DNA of 63,374 bases from Octopus bimaculoides (taxonomy: Eukaryota), in assembly GCF_001194135.2 (NCBI RefSeq), contig NC_068993.1, forward strand, positions 6,221,428-6,284,801, written 5' to 3'. Shown here piece after piece: positions 24,031-37,183 of the stretch. Positions within the stretch are counted from its first letter, which is position 1. Every line of letters begins with the position of its first letter. The notes under the pieces are model-generated. The model searched no databases, had not been told where the DNA came from, and worked only from the letters and a program-made list of their open reading frames with translations. The position numbers were made by a program, and so were the translations under genes.

Positions 24031-26920
24031 AGACACGGTTAAGTGAACATTTCTCTCTAAGCTGTTGTTCATTATTCCAGAAGAGAAACAGAATTCCTAT
24101 GTTCAGACAGAACGTAAAGAATTTATTACACCTATGAGCTCTCATCAGCCGTTTCAGTGAATCGTTGATTTGCGTAAAATGGTCACAGCCATTCTTATAA
24201 ACCACTATGATATTTTACAGACGTACAGAAGTAAATTGAGCAATAGACTACAATATTTACACCGCGTCCGATCAAACACCACATATGTCGGTGAGTGCAG
24301 CAATATCTTCATATCTTCAAAACGGAGGTGAGTTATCTGTGCAGCAATAAATACGTTGGTTGTAAAAGTATTTTGAATGATTACAAACATGCTATAGATA
24401 GCCTCGATCTGATTGAAACTGTTTGTTGCACAATAACGACATGACATACACAATATAGTTTGCCTCGCTTTGATATTTATACATGGCCAAGAGATGTTCT
24501 GCAGTATAAATAAGTCTTTTTATTATTATAATCGAAACCAACTCCGATGAAAAGTGAAATAAGGAAACAAAACTGGAAAACGAAATTAAAACAGAGCAAA
24601 AATAATAAAATCGAAGAAAAACTAGTAAAAACAGAGATGCAAGAGAAATCATTCACGTCACTTTACGGTTCAGTAAGCAGGAACAACAGATGCCAAGTGA
24701 ACCGTGAAACCAGATGTCTAACCTACATTACTTGATATTTCAAACACTTCTGCCGATATAAAAGAGATCAGAGGACATGCAAGTGTGTCTTCTTTATAGA
24801 GATTAGAAGTCAAAAGAAGCCAAAGTCTTGGTATTCTGAATGAACCAGTGAGATTAACTTGGCTTGTTGTTAGTATTAATAATAGATTTTGTTTGTTTTA
24901 TCTTGTTGCGGGAATCATTGCTGTTCTTTAGATTTTCGCCATTGGTTTTGTATTCCATTGATAAAGTATATGTATACACAAACATTTTTGCTAGTATGTA
25001 TGTATATATGTATATATATATCTAGATGCATAAAAACATACATGTATATGTGCGTGTGTATAAGTATATATATNNNNNNNNNNNNNNNNNNNNNNNNNNN
25101 NNNNNNNNNNNNNNNNNNNNNNNNNNNNNNNNNNNNNNNNNNNNNNNNNNNNNNNNNNNNNNNNNNNTATATATATATATATATATATATATGCATATAT
25201 ATATATATGCATATATCTATATATGCATATATACATACATATATGTACATACCTATATATATGTATATATACATGCATATACAGGACGTCAAAAACCGTG
25301 AACAAAATAAAAAACAAAAACATCGAAAACGAACTTTTTTTTTGAGCAACGAAAGAAACAAATAGAGAAGCGAGTCAAGCAACATAAAGAACAATCCCTT
25401 CATCAGTTGTCCCCTGTTTTATCAACTCCGCGTTTCGAACGTTAGGACAAGATGCGACTTCGTTAAAACAGTCGTTCATGTAAAGCAAATTAAATAGGAG
25501 GGTTAAAGTGGTAACAAAAGCAGAGGAGTAAGAACAAAACAGTAAAACAAATGGTAAAGGCTGTTAAGCCATCACAAGGTGAAGTGGTGAATGTGGGAGA
25601 AACTAGCTTTGACAGGAGACAAGCAAAAGTGTGTCTTGTCTCTTGCAAAGCAAGAGGAAGAAAGAGAGAGATAGCCGCTGGTCACGTGGGAGCAACGAAA
25701 GTCAAGGAGGAAGAGTGAGGGAGAGAGTGGGAGAGAAAGAGAACGGTGAAGGGAGGAGGAGAGGAAAGACAGAAGGAAAGAAGAATAATAGAGAGAGAAA
25801 AGAGATAATTGTAGAGTGCGCATCAGAATTATTAAGATAAAACTTACTTGGAAATGGATGCGTGGCGTTCGATCATATAATAATATAAATNNNNNNNNNN
25901 NNNNNNNNNNNNNNNNNNNNNNNNNNNNNNNNNNNNNNNNNNNNNNNNNNNNNNNNNNNNNNNNNNNNNNNNNNNNNNNNNNNNNNNNNNNNNNNNNNNN
26001 NNNNNNNNNNNNNNNNNNNNNNNNNNNNNNNNNNNNNNNNNNNNNNNNNNNNNNNNNNNNNNNNNNNNNNNNNNNNNNNNNNNNNNNNNNNNNNNNNNNN
26101 NNNNNNNNNNNNNNNNNNNNNNNNNNNNNNNNNNNNNNNNNNNNNNNNNNNNNNNNNNNNNNNNNNNNNNNNNNNNNNNNNNNNNNNNNNNNNNNNNNNN
26201 NNNNNNNNNNNNNNNNNNNNNNNNNNNNNNNNNNNNNNNNNNNNNNNNNNNNNNNNNNNNNNNNNNNNNNNNNNNNNNNNNNNNNAATATATATAAATAT
26301 ATAGATATATGCATATATCCATACATATATGTACATACCTGCATATATATGTATATATATATACATGCATATATGGGTACAGGGCGTCAAAAAAATGTGA
26401 ACAAAATGAAAAATGATATAAGCGTGTCCATACAACTTCACTTGCCCCTCTTTTTCCATTCCTTCTTCGTTACTAGTCTCGAAAATATCTCGCCAGAAGA
26501 TATTCTAGCCCAACAGTCAATTCCACGCTTCCGATTTGCAATACATGGATTTTTCCCTGACCTGTTTACTAGAGAAATCGAGCTCTAGATGGTAAAACAA
26601 TACTATCGACCTCATCCATCTCACAGACAAGAATAACATAAAAAGTTCAACCCCGGATGACCCCCTCCAAAAACAAAATATCGGTAGCTGTCTAAAAGAA
26701 ACGTACATAAAAGACGTTTTACTGTTTACGTTACTGAATAGAAGCTGAAATATTATATCGGTTCAGCAGGTTTTTTAATCTCTGCGAACACGTTTTAGGG
26801 AGATGTGTCAATGTAGGTGTGTGCATGCGTGGGTATTTCTTTATATTGTCTTATGTGTATGGGTAACTAAAAGACCCTTTGTATGTGTACTGTGTAGCTC
26901 TGTGTGTATGAATTTCTGTA

Positions 26921-27330
26921 CGAGAAGGTACCCAAAAGAAACCGAAATTTTGCAATATTATTGTATTCATTTAGATTTAGACGTTTATACTATTATCGTC
27001 TTCAAATTATTCTCCATTTGAAGCAATGCATTGGTCCAAACGCCTTTTCCATTGTTCGATGCAGTCCTGGAACCCTTGCGAAGTGATGCCTCTTGACGGC
27101 TCCGTCGTTTTTTCTTTTTTTCTTCACCTCTTCCACATCTGCAAATTCTGTAGCACCAGCTTTTGTCACCAGTGATGACCTTCGAAAAGGAGTCCGGATC
27201 AATTTCCGACTGTTCTTCCAGTCACGCATTCAGTCGTGGCTGCTTTTGATCCTCCCTGAGAAAGTTAGGCACAAATTTTGCTGCAACTCATTTCATTCGC
27301 ACTTCCTCGTTCAAAAATTCGTTGACAGGA
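26921..27330 (-). mobile_element. Internally deleted mariner (DD34D-type) element, 3' end with TIR
   Basis: TA then CGAGAAGGTACCCAAAAGAAACCGAAATTTTG TIR at 26921. Minus-strand peptides VAAKFVPNFL, DPDSFSKVITGDKSWCY, ADVEEVKK, FQDCIEQWKRRLDQCIASNGE*FE. The 5' part is lost in the gap. Confidence 0.9.
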
Positions 27331-28009
27331 NNNNNNNNNNNNNNNNNNNNNNNNNNNNNNNNNNNNNNNNNNNNNNNNNNNNNNNNNNNNNNNNNNNNNN
27401 NNNNNNNNNNNNNNNNNNNNNNNNNNNNNNNNNNNNNNNNNNNNNNNNNNNNNNNNNNNNNNNNNNNNNNNNNNNNNNNNNNNNNNNNNNNNNNNNNNNN
27501 NNNNNNNNNNNNNNNNNNNNNNNNNNNNNNNNNNNNNNNNNNNNNNNNNNNNNNNNNNNNNNNNNNNNNNNNNNNNNNNNNNNNNNNNNNNNNNNNNNNN
27601 NNNNNNNNNNNNNNNNNNNNNNNNNNNNNNNNNNNNNNNNNNNNNNNNNNNNNNNNNNNNNNNNNNNNNNNNNNNNNNNNNNNNNNNNNNNNNNNNNNNN
27701 NNNNNNNNNNNNNNNNNNNNNNNNNNNNNNNNNNNNNNNNNNNNNNNNNNNNNNNNNNNNNNNNNNNNNNNNNNNNNNNNNNNNNNNNNNNNNNNNNNNN
27801 NNNNNNNNNNNNNNNNNNNNNNNNNNNNNNNNNNNNNNNNNNNNNNNNNNNNNNNNNNNNNNNNNNNNNNNNNNNNNNNNNNNNNNNNNNNNNNNNNNNN
27901 NNNNNNNNNNNNNNNNNNNNNNNNNNNNNNNNNNNNNNNNNNNNNNNNNNNNNNNNNNNNNNNNNNNNNNNNNNNNNNNNNNNNNNNNNNNNNNNNNNNN
28001 NNNNNNNNN

Positions 28010-28142
28010 CAAGCACATGGTCCCGGGTTCAGTCCCACTGCGTGGCACTTTGGGCAAGTGTCTTCTACTATAGCCTCGGGCCGACCAAAGCCTTGTGAGT
28101 GGATTTGGTAGACGGAAACTGAAAGAAGCCTGTCGTATATAT

Positions 28143-28174
<32 letters not shown>

Positions 28175-28400
28175 ATGTGTTTGTGTCTGTGTTTGTCCCC
28201 CCCAACATCGCTTGACAACCGATGCTGGTGTGTTTATGTTCCCGTAACTTAGCGGTTCGGCAAAAGAGACCGATAGAATAAGTACTAGGCTTCTAAAGAA
28301 TAAGTCCTGGGGTCGATTTGCTCAACTAAAGGTGGTGCTCCAGCATGGCCACAATCAAGAGACTGAAACAAGTAAAAGTGTAAAAGTGTAAAAGTGTATA
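28010..28400 (+). mobile_element. SINE family B, near complete, low divergence
   Basis: GCACATGGTCCCGGGTTCAGTCCCACTGCGTGGCACTTTGGGCAAGTGTCTTC ... internal TA/TG tract ... GGTGCTCCAGCATGGCC, with a (GTAAAAGT)n tail. Confidence 0.93.
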
Positions 28401-28444
28401 TATATGTATGTATCTATATATGCATGTATGTATGTATACGTAAG

Positions 28445-28545
28445 GTGAGCTGCCAGAATCGACAAAATGCTTAATGGTATTTCTTCTGGCATTTCGTTCA
28501 GAGTTCAAATACTGTCGAGGTGGACTTTACCTTTCATCTCTGGGT
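28445..28545 (+). mobile_element. SINE family A fragment
   Basis: GGTGAGCTGCCAGAATCG..GAGTTCAAAT..GACTTTACCTTTCATC. Confidence 0.7.
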
Positions 28546-29661
28546 ATATTATATGAAATATATGTAACAAGTTCATATGTATTTTGGATATATACGCACA
28601 TGTATGTATATATGTGTAAATATAGAATATATGTATATATATGCATTTGTATAAATGAATACATATATAGATGTGTGTGTATGTGTATATGTGTGTGTAT
28701 ATGTATATCAGTGTTAGGGAGAAAGATAGAGTATAGAATGCGATGGGGTTCAGTGTATACGTGTGAGTGTTGCTCACGTGTGTATGTGCACGTATGTATG
28801 TGAGTGAGCATGCATTTGCCTTTGTATAGTTGTGTGACTACGCATGCGCACGGATGTTTGACTTTGATGTGGTGTACTGTGATGTTATATCTTTTCCGTG
28901 ATTCTTTTCTTTAGTTTGAAACAAAATGGCGAATGAATCAAGTACGTCATTCTACTGTTCTTAGACTTCTTATGTATCGCTCCTGTTATTTTCTTCCGAC
29001 AAAAGAAACCATCAAAAGACAACACAGGAACCAAGAGAGATAATTATAGATCTAACGATTCAACGTTTTACCAATAAGTTGGTTGAAGAATGCAAAATGT
29101 ATGACAAGGATATATAAAAAGTTTNNNNNNNNNNNNNNNNNNNNNNNNNNNNNNNNNNNNNNNNNNNNNNNNNNNNNNNNNNNNNNNNNNNNNNNNNNNN
29201 NNNNNNNNNNNNNNNNNNNNNNNNNNNNNNNNNNNNNNNNNNNNNNNNNNNNNNNNNNNNNNNNNNNNNNNNNNNNNNNNNNNNNNNNNNNNNNNNNNNN
29301 NNNNNNNNNNNNNNNNNNNNNNNNNNNNNNNNNNNNNNNNNNNNNNNNNNNNNNNNNNNNNNNNNNNNNNNNNNNNNNNNNNNNNNNNNNNNNNNNNNNN
29401 NNNNNNNNNNNNNNNNNNNNNNNNNNNNNNNNNNNNNNNNNNNNNNNNNNNNNNNNNNNNNNNNNNNNNNNNNNNNNNNNNNNNNNNNNNNNNNNNNNNN
29501 NNNNNNNNNNNNNNNNNNNNNNNNNNNNNNNNNNNNNNNNNNNNNNNNNNNNNNNNNNNNNNNNNNNNNNNNNNNNNNNNNNNNNNNNNNNNNNNNNNNN
29601 NNNNNNNNNNNNNNNNNNNNNNNNNNNNNNNNNNNNNNNNNNNNNNNNNNNNNNNNNNNNN

Positions 29662-29718
<57 letters not shown>

Positions 29719-29742
29719 GGTGGTGGTGGTGGTGGTGGTGTG
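29662..29742. repeat. Compound (TAG)n-(TGG)n microsatellite
   Basis: Direct reading. Confidence 0.97.
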
Positions 29743-30099
29743 ATAGCAGGTCAAAATACAATTTTCGTTGGTGAAAATAAGGTTCCTATTGCGTAGAAAT
29801 CCGAATACTTACTTTGGTTCAATGGTGGATCGCCTACAATGTCTGCAAGAAACGTAGGTTCGTTTCCTGTCTCCAATAATTACATGCTATTTTTTACGGC
29901 TTTATATGTGCTTCGAGAACCTCTTTTCCAAATAGAAAAGCCATTTTATTTATTGCTCTTCCAACTTCACCAACGCATAACAGAATATGCGTCCTACGCA
30001 TGTCTTACTTATTGCACAACAATCTGTTACGATCGGATAATTTGGCAATGACTTAAAGTCTTATGGAGTTTTAAAATCATTTGTACAAATAGAAAAGAG

Positions 30100-30490
30100 A
30101 AAAGGTAAAGGTAATTTCATCGTTCATTTAACTTGTTGGAACAATTAGACAGCACCATGACAGCCACTAATAGCTCTACAAATGAAATTATGGACGCGGA
30201 GTTATAAGGTTCTGCATAACTTCATTAGGTACACGGCTGCGCCAAAAGAAAGCTACCAGAAACACAAACACAAAATTGAAGGCATATTTCTCTGACTTGT
30301 ATATCAGCAAGATCGCAGAACAAATGATTCGGTATAAACTGATTATGTTGTTAGAAGAAAATGACTTGCTCGGTGATAATTAACGGCTTCTACTTGACAA
30401 TATATTCTCTGCCTGGAGAAATAATACTGAAGGAGTAACAGAATATGTCAAACGTAGATGAAGAATACTTGAGCTTTGTATATAAAGCCG
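30100..30490 (+). mobile_element. Decayed CR1-like LINE reverse transcriptase fragment
   Basis: N*RHISLTC//SKIAEQMIRYKLIMLLEENDLLGDN*..NVDEEYLSFVYKA aligns by eye to NYRPISLT..K..E..I...L...L..N.LL...Q.GF..VD.IYLDF.KAF. Confidence 0.72.
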
Positions 30491-30576
30491 TTAGTTTGTT
30501 TTTATAAGCAAAATTGTTCTTCAGATTTTAGGACAGAATATACATTGAAATAATGCAATAGGATGTTACACACCAA

Positions 30577-30577
<1 letters not shown>

Positions 30578-30652
<75 letters not shown>

Positions 30653-30660
30653 GCACGCAC
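30578..30660. repeat. (CA)n microsatellite
   Basis: Direct reading. Confidence 0.97.
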
Positions 30661-31113
30661 CTACCTCTCGACAGCATCAATGCGCACCGGACCCTACTCA
30701 CTGATATGTGGCCCCGCTTGCTAGCTTCAACTGGTTATCAAATAAAGCTCAATACAACGTCACTTCTAGGATGTATATTCTCTCTTCGATTCTTGCTTTC
30801 ACTGCTGTTGTTTTTGACACGACGAAGCGGCCATGGTTGGTCTATATATGTAGCAATAATTAGCAATGTTATTCTTAATGCTTGAGGGTCTTCAATAAGT
30901 CGGAAACGTAGATATTGGTAGCATCCAATTACTTCTTAAGCTAATTATCAATTACTCAGCTCTTTACATTCAGTTCTTTTAATTGTTTGTAACTTATGTT
31001 ATTCAAAGAACAAACAATAAAATATATTTTTGTATTCTTGTTTGTCTGTCTGTCTGTTTAATGTTTCTCTCTCAATATAGATATGTGTATATGTCTGTGT
31101 GTATATATGTGTG

Positions 31114-31160
<47 letters not shown>

Positions 31161-31908
31161 NNNNNNNNNNNNNNNNNNNNNNNNNNNNNNNNNNNNNNNN
31201 NNNNNNNNNNNNNNNNNNNNNNNNNNNNNNNNNNNNNNNNNNNNNNNNNNNNNNNNNNNNNNNNNNNNNNNNNNNNNNNNNNNNNNNNNNNNNNNNNNNN
31301 NNNNNNNNNNNNNNNNNNNNNNNNNNNNNNNNNNNNNNNNNNNNNNNNNNNNNNNNNNNNNNNNNNNNNNNNNNNNNNNNNNNNNNNNNNNNNNNNNNNN
31401 NNNNNNNNNNNNNNNNNNNNNNNNNNNNNNNNNNNNNNNNNNNNNNNNNNNNNNNNNNNNNNNNNNNNNNNNNNNNNNNNNNNNNNNNNNNNNNNNNNNN
31501 NNNNNNNNNNNNNNNNNNNNNNNNNNNNNNNNNNNNNNNNNNNNNNNNNNNNNNNNNNNNNNNNNNNNNNNNNNNNNNNNNNNNNNNNNNNNNNNNNNNN
31601 NNNNNNNNNNNNNNNNNNNNNNNNNNNNNNNNNNNNNNNNNNNNNNNNNNNNNNNNNNNNNNNNNNNNNNNNNNNNNNNNNNNNNNNNNNNNNNNNNNNN
31701 NNNNNNNNNNNNNNNNNNNNNNNNNNNNNNNNNNNNNNNNNNNNNNNNNNNNNNNNNNNNNNNNNNNNNNNNNNNNNNNNNNNNNNNNNNNNNNNNNNNN
31801 NNNNNNNNNNNNNNNNNNNNNNNNNNNNNNNNNNNNNNNNNNNNNNNNNNNNNNNNNNNNNNNNNNNNNNNNNNNNNNNNNNNNNNNNNNNNNNNNNNNN
31901 NNNNNNNN

Positions 31909-31949
<41 letters not shown>

Positions 31950-32774
31950 CGTGTGTGTGTGTGTGTAGGCACATTAATGTATATATATGCACACACACAC
32001 ACACACAAACACGAAACACACACGCACACGCAAACACACACATACAAACACATATATTATGAAGTTATCATTAGTGTGACGAAAATCAGTAAAATAATTA
32101 AGTTATTTATATTGCCGTTCTCCTTTAACGTAAAATTATTCATCTCTACCGCCATTTCTTATTCTAATCGAGTTTAATAAGTTCATCAGACGCTATTATG
32201 CTAAACTCTCAATGTTATTTCTCCTTCAAAGAAAACGAAATGTTCTGAGATTCAATTCAAATACAAAACTGAGAACAAAAAATAAGTAATAAAACATGAA
32301 AGACGGAATCAAATACAATGTATTGAAGAATTGTTGTTTAGGAATTTGTTATTCAAAAACTACAATCTTACGCATGTTTATTGGCAGTATAGGAACAATA
32401 ATGATAAATTTGTTGATGAATTCAAATCGTTTTACGTCGTTATGCTCTCAGTTCCACACTGAAAGGTCTTTCAGTTATATATTCATGCTTTTTTATGACA
32501 TGAACGTAACGACTCTGTTTCATTTGCTACGGTATATAATACCATTGTACCTAGTAAACTTGAATTAAACTGGGTTCAGAAAGCGGAACCTTACCAGGTG
32601 CCAGCCATTGTTACGATCAACACAGTCAAGCATGCGTATATATGCATATATAAGTACACTCAAGTCAGGGAGTTTCCTAACGTTACAAGTGCAGTGACCG
32701 TCTTTATTGCATGTATAGAAATAACCACACATTTTTATAATGTTGTTTCAATTATAAATTAGTTTTTCTTTTAT

Positions 32775-32965
32775 TCTTTTACTTGTTTCAGTCATTTGGC
32801 TGTGGCCATGCTGGAGCACCACCTTTATTATTGTAAGCCTAGTACTTATTCTATCGGTCTTTTACCGAACTGCTAAGTTACGGGGACGTAAACACACCAG
32901 CATCCGTTGCCGAGCGATGTTGGGGGTACAAACACAGACACACAAACACACACATATATATATAT
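32775..32965 (-). mobile_element. SINE family B, 3' half
   Basis: TTTACTTGTTTCAGTCATTTGGCTGTGGCCATGCTGGAGCACC..GCTAAGTTACGGGGACGTAAACACACCAGCATC. Confidence 0.9.
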
Positions 32966-33682
32966 ACATATGTAGTATCACCAAATCAGAAACCTTTTCC
33001 TTGTACTTGAAACCGTGTGGGATCCAGTAAAGCCGCTACGAGCCATTTAGAAACGTCAAACAGAGCTCCGGATCACGTTTAGCATTCTACAACTGAACCG
33101 CTCCCTCCAAATTGGTTTCCAGTGAGATTCCGTTTACCAAACTTGAAGTTGAACAGCATGAGGCAATAATAGAGGATATGCCCAATGTCTCACACTCCCA
33201 GAATAACGTACTTAAGATGGAACTCCCGTACCACATATTCCGGGCTTACTTCCATTAAGGGAACAACATATCAGTGAAGAATAAACCAAGGAATAAGCAT
33301 CGATGATGAGCCTAATATCTCAAAGACCGTTTTGCTGACTTGATTGTGAGGAATCTTATTCTTATCTAATTGACGCAATCATTATTTCTTACATCAGCCC
33401 GTTGTCCCTCTTCTGCGATTATTTCAGAATAATCGATAATGCCATTCTCTCCCTTAAATTCCCAGTCATAAAACGAAGGAATATAGAATACATACCCTGA
33501 TTTTCTTTCAAGATATATTATATTGTCGTTAGAAACAGTAAAAGGGTATAATAGAATGAACCCCCTTGATTTAAGCTGATCTAATGTGAATANNNNNNNN
33601 NNNNNNNNNNNNNNNNNNNNNNNNNNNNNNNNNNNNNNNNNNNNNNNNNNNNNNNNNNNNNNNNNNNNNNNNNNNNNNNNNN

Positions 33683-33719
<37 letters not shown>

Positions 33720-33976
33720 ATACATATAGATATATACACATATGTACAGTATGCTTATACATGTATGTATATCATATGCCTATTTTATATCAAATATGTA
33801 TTATACATTACATGCATGTTGTATGTATATAAATATACGTATAATGTATACAACCTATATGTATGTGCGCATGCATATATACATGTATACTTATATATAT
33901 TTATACACACGCATATAATGTATATGTGTGTCTATATATGTAAACATTTATATAAATATATATGCAAGTATGCGTT

Positions 33977-34214
<238 letters not shown>

Positions 34215-34667
34215 AGGAAATAGATCCCTTAATTTCTAACATTAATATGTTATGAAATATTAATACCTGTTTTAAGCATGAGAAATAAAGCTGTCATTTG
34301 AACAAATATATCGTTACTGAAATGTTGAGCTGATGCGGCTGCAGCTATGGAGATGATTGTATTTGAGATATAATTTATGAAAACTAATAACGAGAGTGAT
34401 TCTCAGAATCTGACGCTCTCATAAACTGAATTGTGAACTCTAGGTTCAGTAAATATTGTTATTGCTGTTGTTGTCGTTGTTGGCAACGGTGGTGTTGCTG
34501 CTGATAATGCTGCTGCTGTTGTGTATTTTGAAGTCAACTGTGATTGATTATATTTATTGTCAAATGCATTCTAGCCGTAACTCACCGATCTTTCATTCGT
34601 GTCCTTTACGAAGGGTCAGCGTAGCCGAATAGTTAAGAAAGTCGCTTGGAACAATGTGGCCTAATGG

Positions 34668-34910
34668 TTTTGCAACAGTGTGGCCTAATGGTTTGGACGT
34701 TGTACTTAACAGTCACACGATTGCAGTTTCGATTCCCCAAACGGTTGTAGTTCGAATATTTGCTACAACCACCGAGATCTGCACCCGCGGTATCTCCCAG
34801 TTCTACTTGTACTTGATAGTCGTAAGATTGTGGTTTCGATTCCTGAACCGGGAGATATGTTGTGCTTTTGGTCAAAACACTTTGTTTCACGTTGCTCTTC
34901 AATCCACTCT
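34668..34910 (+). mobile_element. tRNA-derived SINE (CORE-like family) with a duplicated head segment
   Basis: TGTGGCCTAATGGTTT occurs twice (about 34654 and 34679), then GTTTCGATTCC and the GTGCTTTTGGTCAAAACACTTTGTTTCACGTTGCTC core. Confidence 0.65.
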
Positions 34911-35689
34911 GCTCAGAAAAGGTAATTTCGATCATCTATACGCTGTGGAACCAGGTAAAACGAATAACTATCCTTATGAGTCCTGAGACTCGAGACAGCA
35001 ATGCTCAGGTTCATGATGATCCCTGGTTATGGCTGTTGAATGTTTGTGAATAAATCTTCGTCAGACAGTCGGATAGTCCCTTCATTTGCACGTGATCCAG
35101 AATGTGTATATTAGCGGAAACGTCAGATACGTTAAAACTGCTCCCAAAGTAAACAACGCTTGCAATGATGGAATTAAATGTGGTTTGTAGAAGGTTATCG
35201 ACCGATCATGGTTGAAATATTAATATTTTCTTGTCTCGAAGAAGAGTCTTAAACTATAAAACATAGTTTTTGGCAATATTTAATGATATATGAAGGCGGT
35301 GAACTGGCAGAGTCGTTAGCACGCCGGGCGAATTCCTATATTCAGCATTTAATTCTGCTTGCTTCTTTTTCACTCCAAAATTGGCAATATGTACCTTGAG
35401 CTCTGGGAACATTCACCGATGTTAAATTTAAATTCATACCACTCCAAGTGTGAGCTATATGTTATTTACGCCTTACACTGCATAAACCGAGTTGCGGTAA
35501 CATCCGTTTAATAGTAACTTATATTGAGTAAAACGTTATTCATATCTCGTGTTAGATCTTGGATTAAGTCGGTCCAAAACTCAAGCGATTAAAAACTATC
35601 TCTTTGACAGTGAAGCTGGATAAAGTATTGCTCACATGTAAACCAATTATGTAATATTTTCAATGGTGTTTTTGTTGATGATGCTGTTG

Positions 35690-35890
35690 TTTAGCTCCAG
35701 GAATCCCTTATCAAACAGAATTGTGAGCCAAGACTCTGTAGCCTGAACGCCCCCCTTTCATCTTTTTGTTAACGTAGTGTTTCTAGGATTATATTATCCA
35801 AAATGTCCTTTTAGAAAACCACTGCAGGAGTGCAATTTAAGAAAGAATTGACTGCTATTTCTAGCAGACCGAGCAACTGTGCACTATCTT
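35690..35890 (-). mobile_element. Interspersed repeat family C fragment (SINE-like)
   Basis: ATTATCCAAAATGTCC..GCTATTTCTAGCAG..CGAGCAAC; reverse complement is related to 56470-56560 and 56730-56840. Confidence 0.6.
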
Positions 35891-36923
35891 CATTTACTTT
35901 TGAAGGAAGAATTGCTGACGTCAGTATCTGATATGTAGCTTATTCTTTCGAGATAAACGTCTGTTTAATGACAATATATAACAGACCAGTTTGTTAATAT
36001 GGTGAATGAACTAATTTATGTTGGACAGTTAGGATTAATGGATGTTTTGTTCGGTTAAGACATTGGTCACAGGAACTTATGTCTCCAACATATGATCGAT
36101 GAGAAAGAGAAAATAAATATGTTGTTATTATTCATTTGAAATTAAAACAGCATATGTTGATATGATCTATGGACAATGTGTAACTGATCTACGCTGATGT
36201 TTTACATTTCTAAACTGTGTTCTTTCCGATGACAGATGCCTTTTTTATAATATGGTAGCATTTCAAGTATTGAACTCGTTCTACGGACCAACGCAACTTC
36301 CGTCGATTTTATATACAATACCGCTATTGCTTCCAATGGTGAAACTTTTCAACCTGTGGTAACTACTGGAGGATCTTTGTGGTTTCACCGTTTTGACCAC
36401 GAATACAGCTAATAGCTGGAAAACGCGTGTACTAAGAGATTATGCGATGTCAAGGCTCATCTCATCCTTCTTGTTTAATTAAACAGCATTTAAAACGAAT
36501 ATTTATTATGGAGGAGTAAATAATAATATGGAGGAGTAAATAATTGTGTATTGTTGGTTGTTTAGCTTTTTTCTTGACAAAACGATGAGCTCCATTGTAA
36601 TTTGCTAATGAATTCACATTAACACTTTACACGTTACAGTCATTCAGTATTTGACCCATGCCTTCTTGTCAGCTATCTTATCGACTTGGCCATCTATTGC
36701 TCTCGTAATCTGATAGAAGCTCTATTTATATATATAAAAAAAAATAGCACGGAATCATTTATGGTAAAAAAATAATCAATGGCTAAATTATGTTGATATT
36801 AATATTTTCTTTACATCTAATGGTAATATCCACAATCCAAGGAACCTGGCGGTGTTCAACATCGTCAAAAGCTAATTTCTGAAGGTTTGTAGATAAAAAT
36901 ATATATTATATTAAAATCCGGTA

Positions 36924-36947
36924 TTTCGGACAACAGTTCTTCATCAG
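36924..36947 (-). ncRNA. Degenerate hammerhead-ribozyme-like core
   Basis: Minus strand CTGATGA-A-GAAC-TGTT-GTCC-GAAA; stem II has 3 of 4 pairs; no clear NUH site or stem I. Confidence 0.3.
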
Positions 36948-37014
36948 GAAGAAAAAGTATACAGGCTGATAGCACAGACACGATTTCTCTGATGTAATGA
37001 ATATTTACTTGAGC

Positions 37015-37017
<3 letters not shown>

Positions 37018-37095
<78 letters not shown>

Positions 37096-37121
37096 TTATT
37101 TTTATTATTATTATTATTATA

Positions 37122-37182
<61 letters not shown>
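37018..37182. repeat. (ATT)n microsatellite
   Basis: Direct reading. Confidence 0.97.
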
Positions 37183-37183
<1 letters not shown>

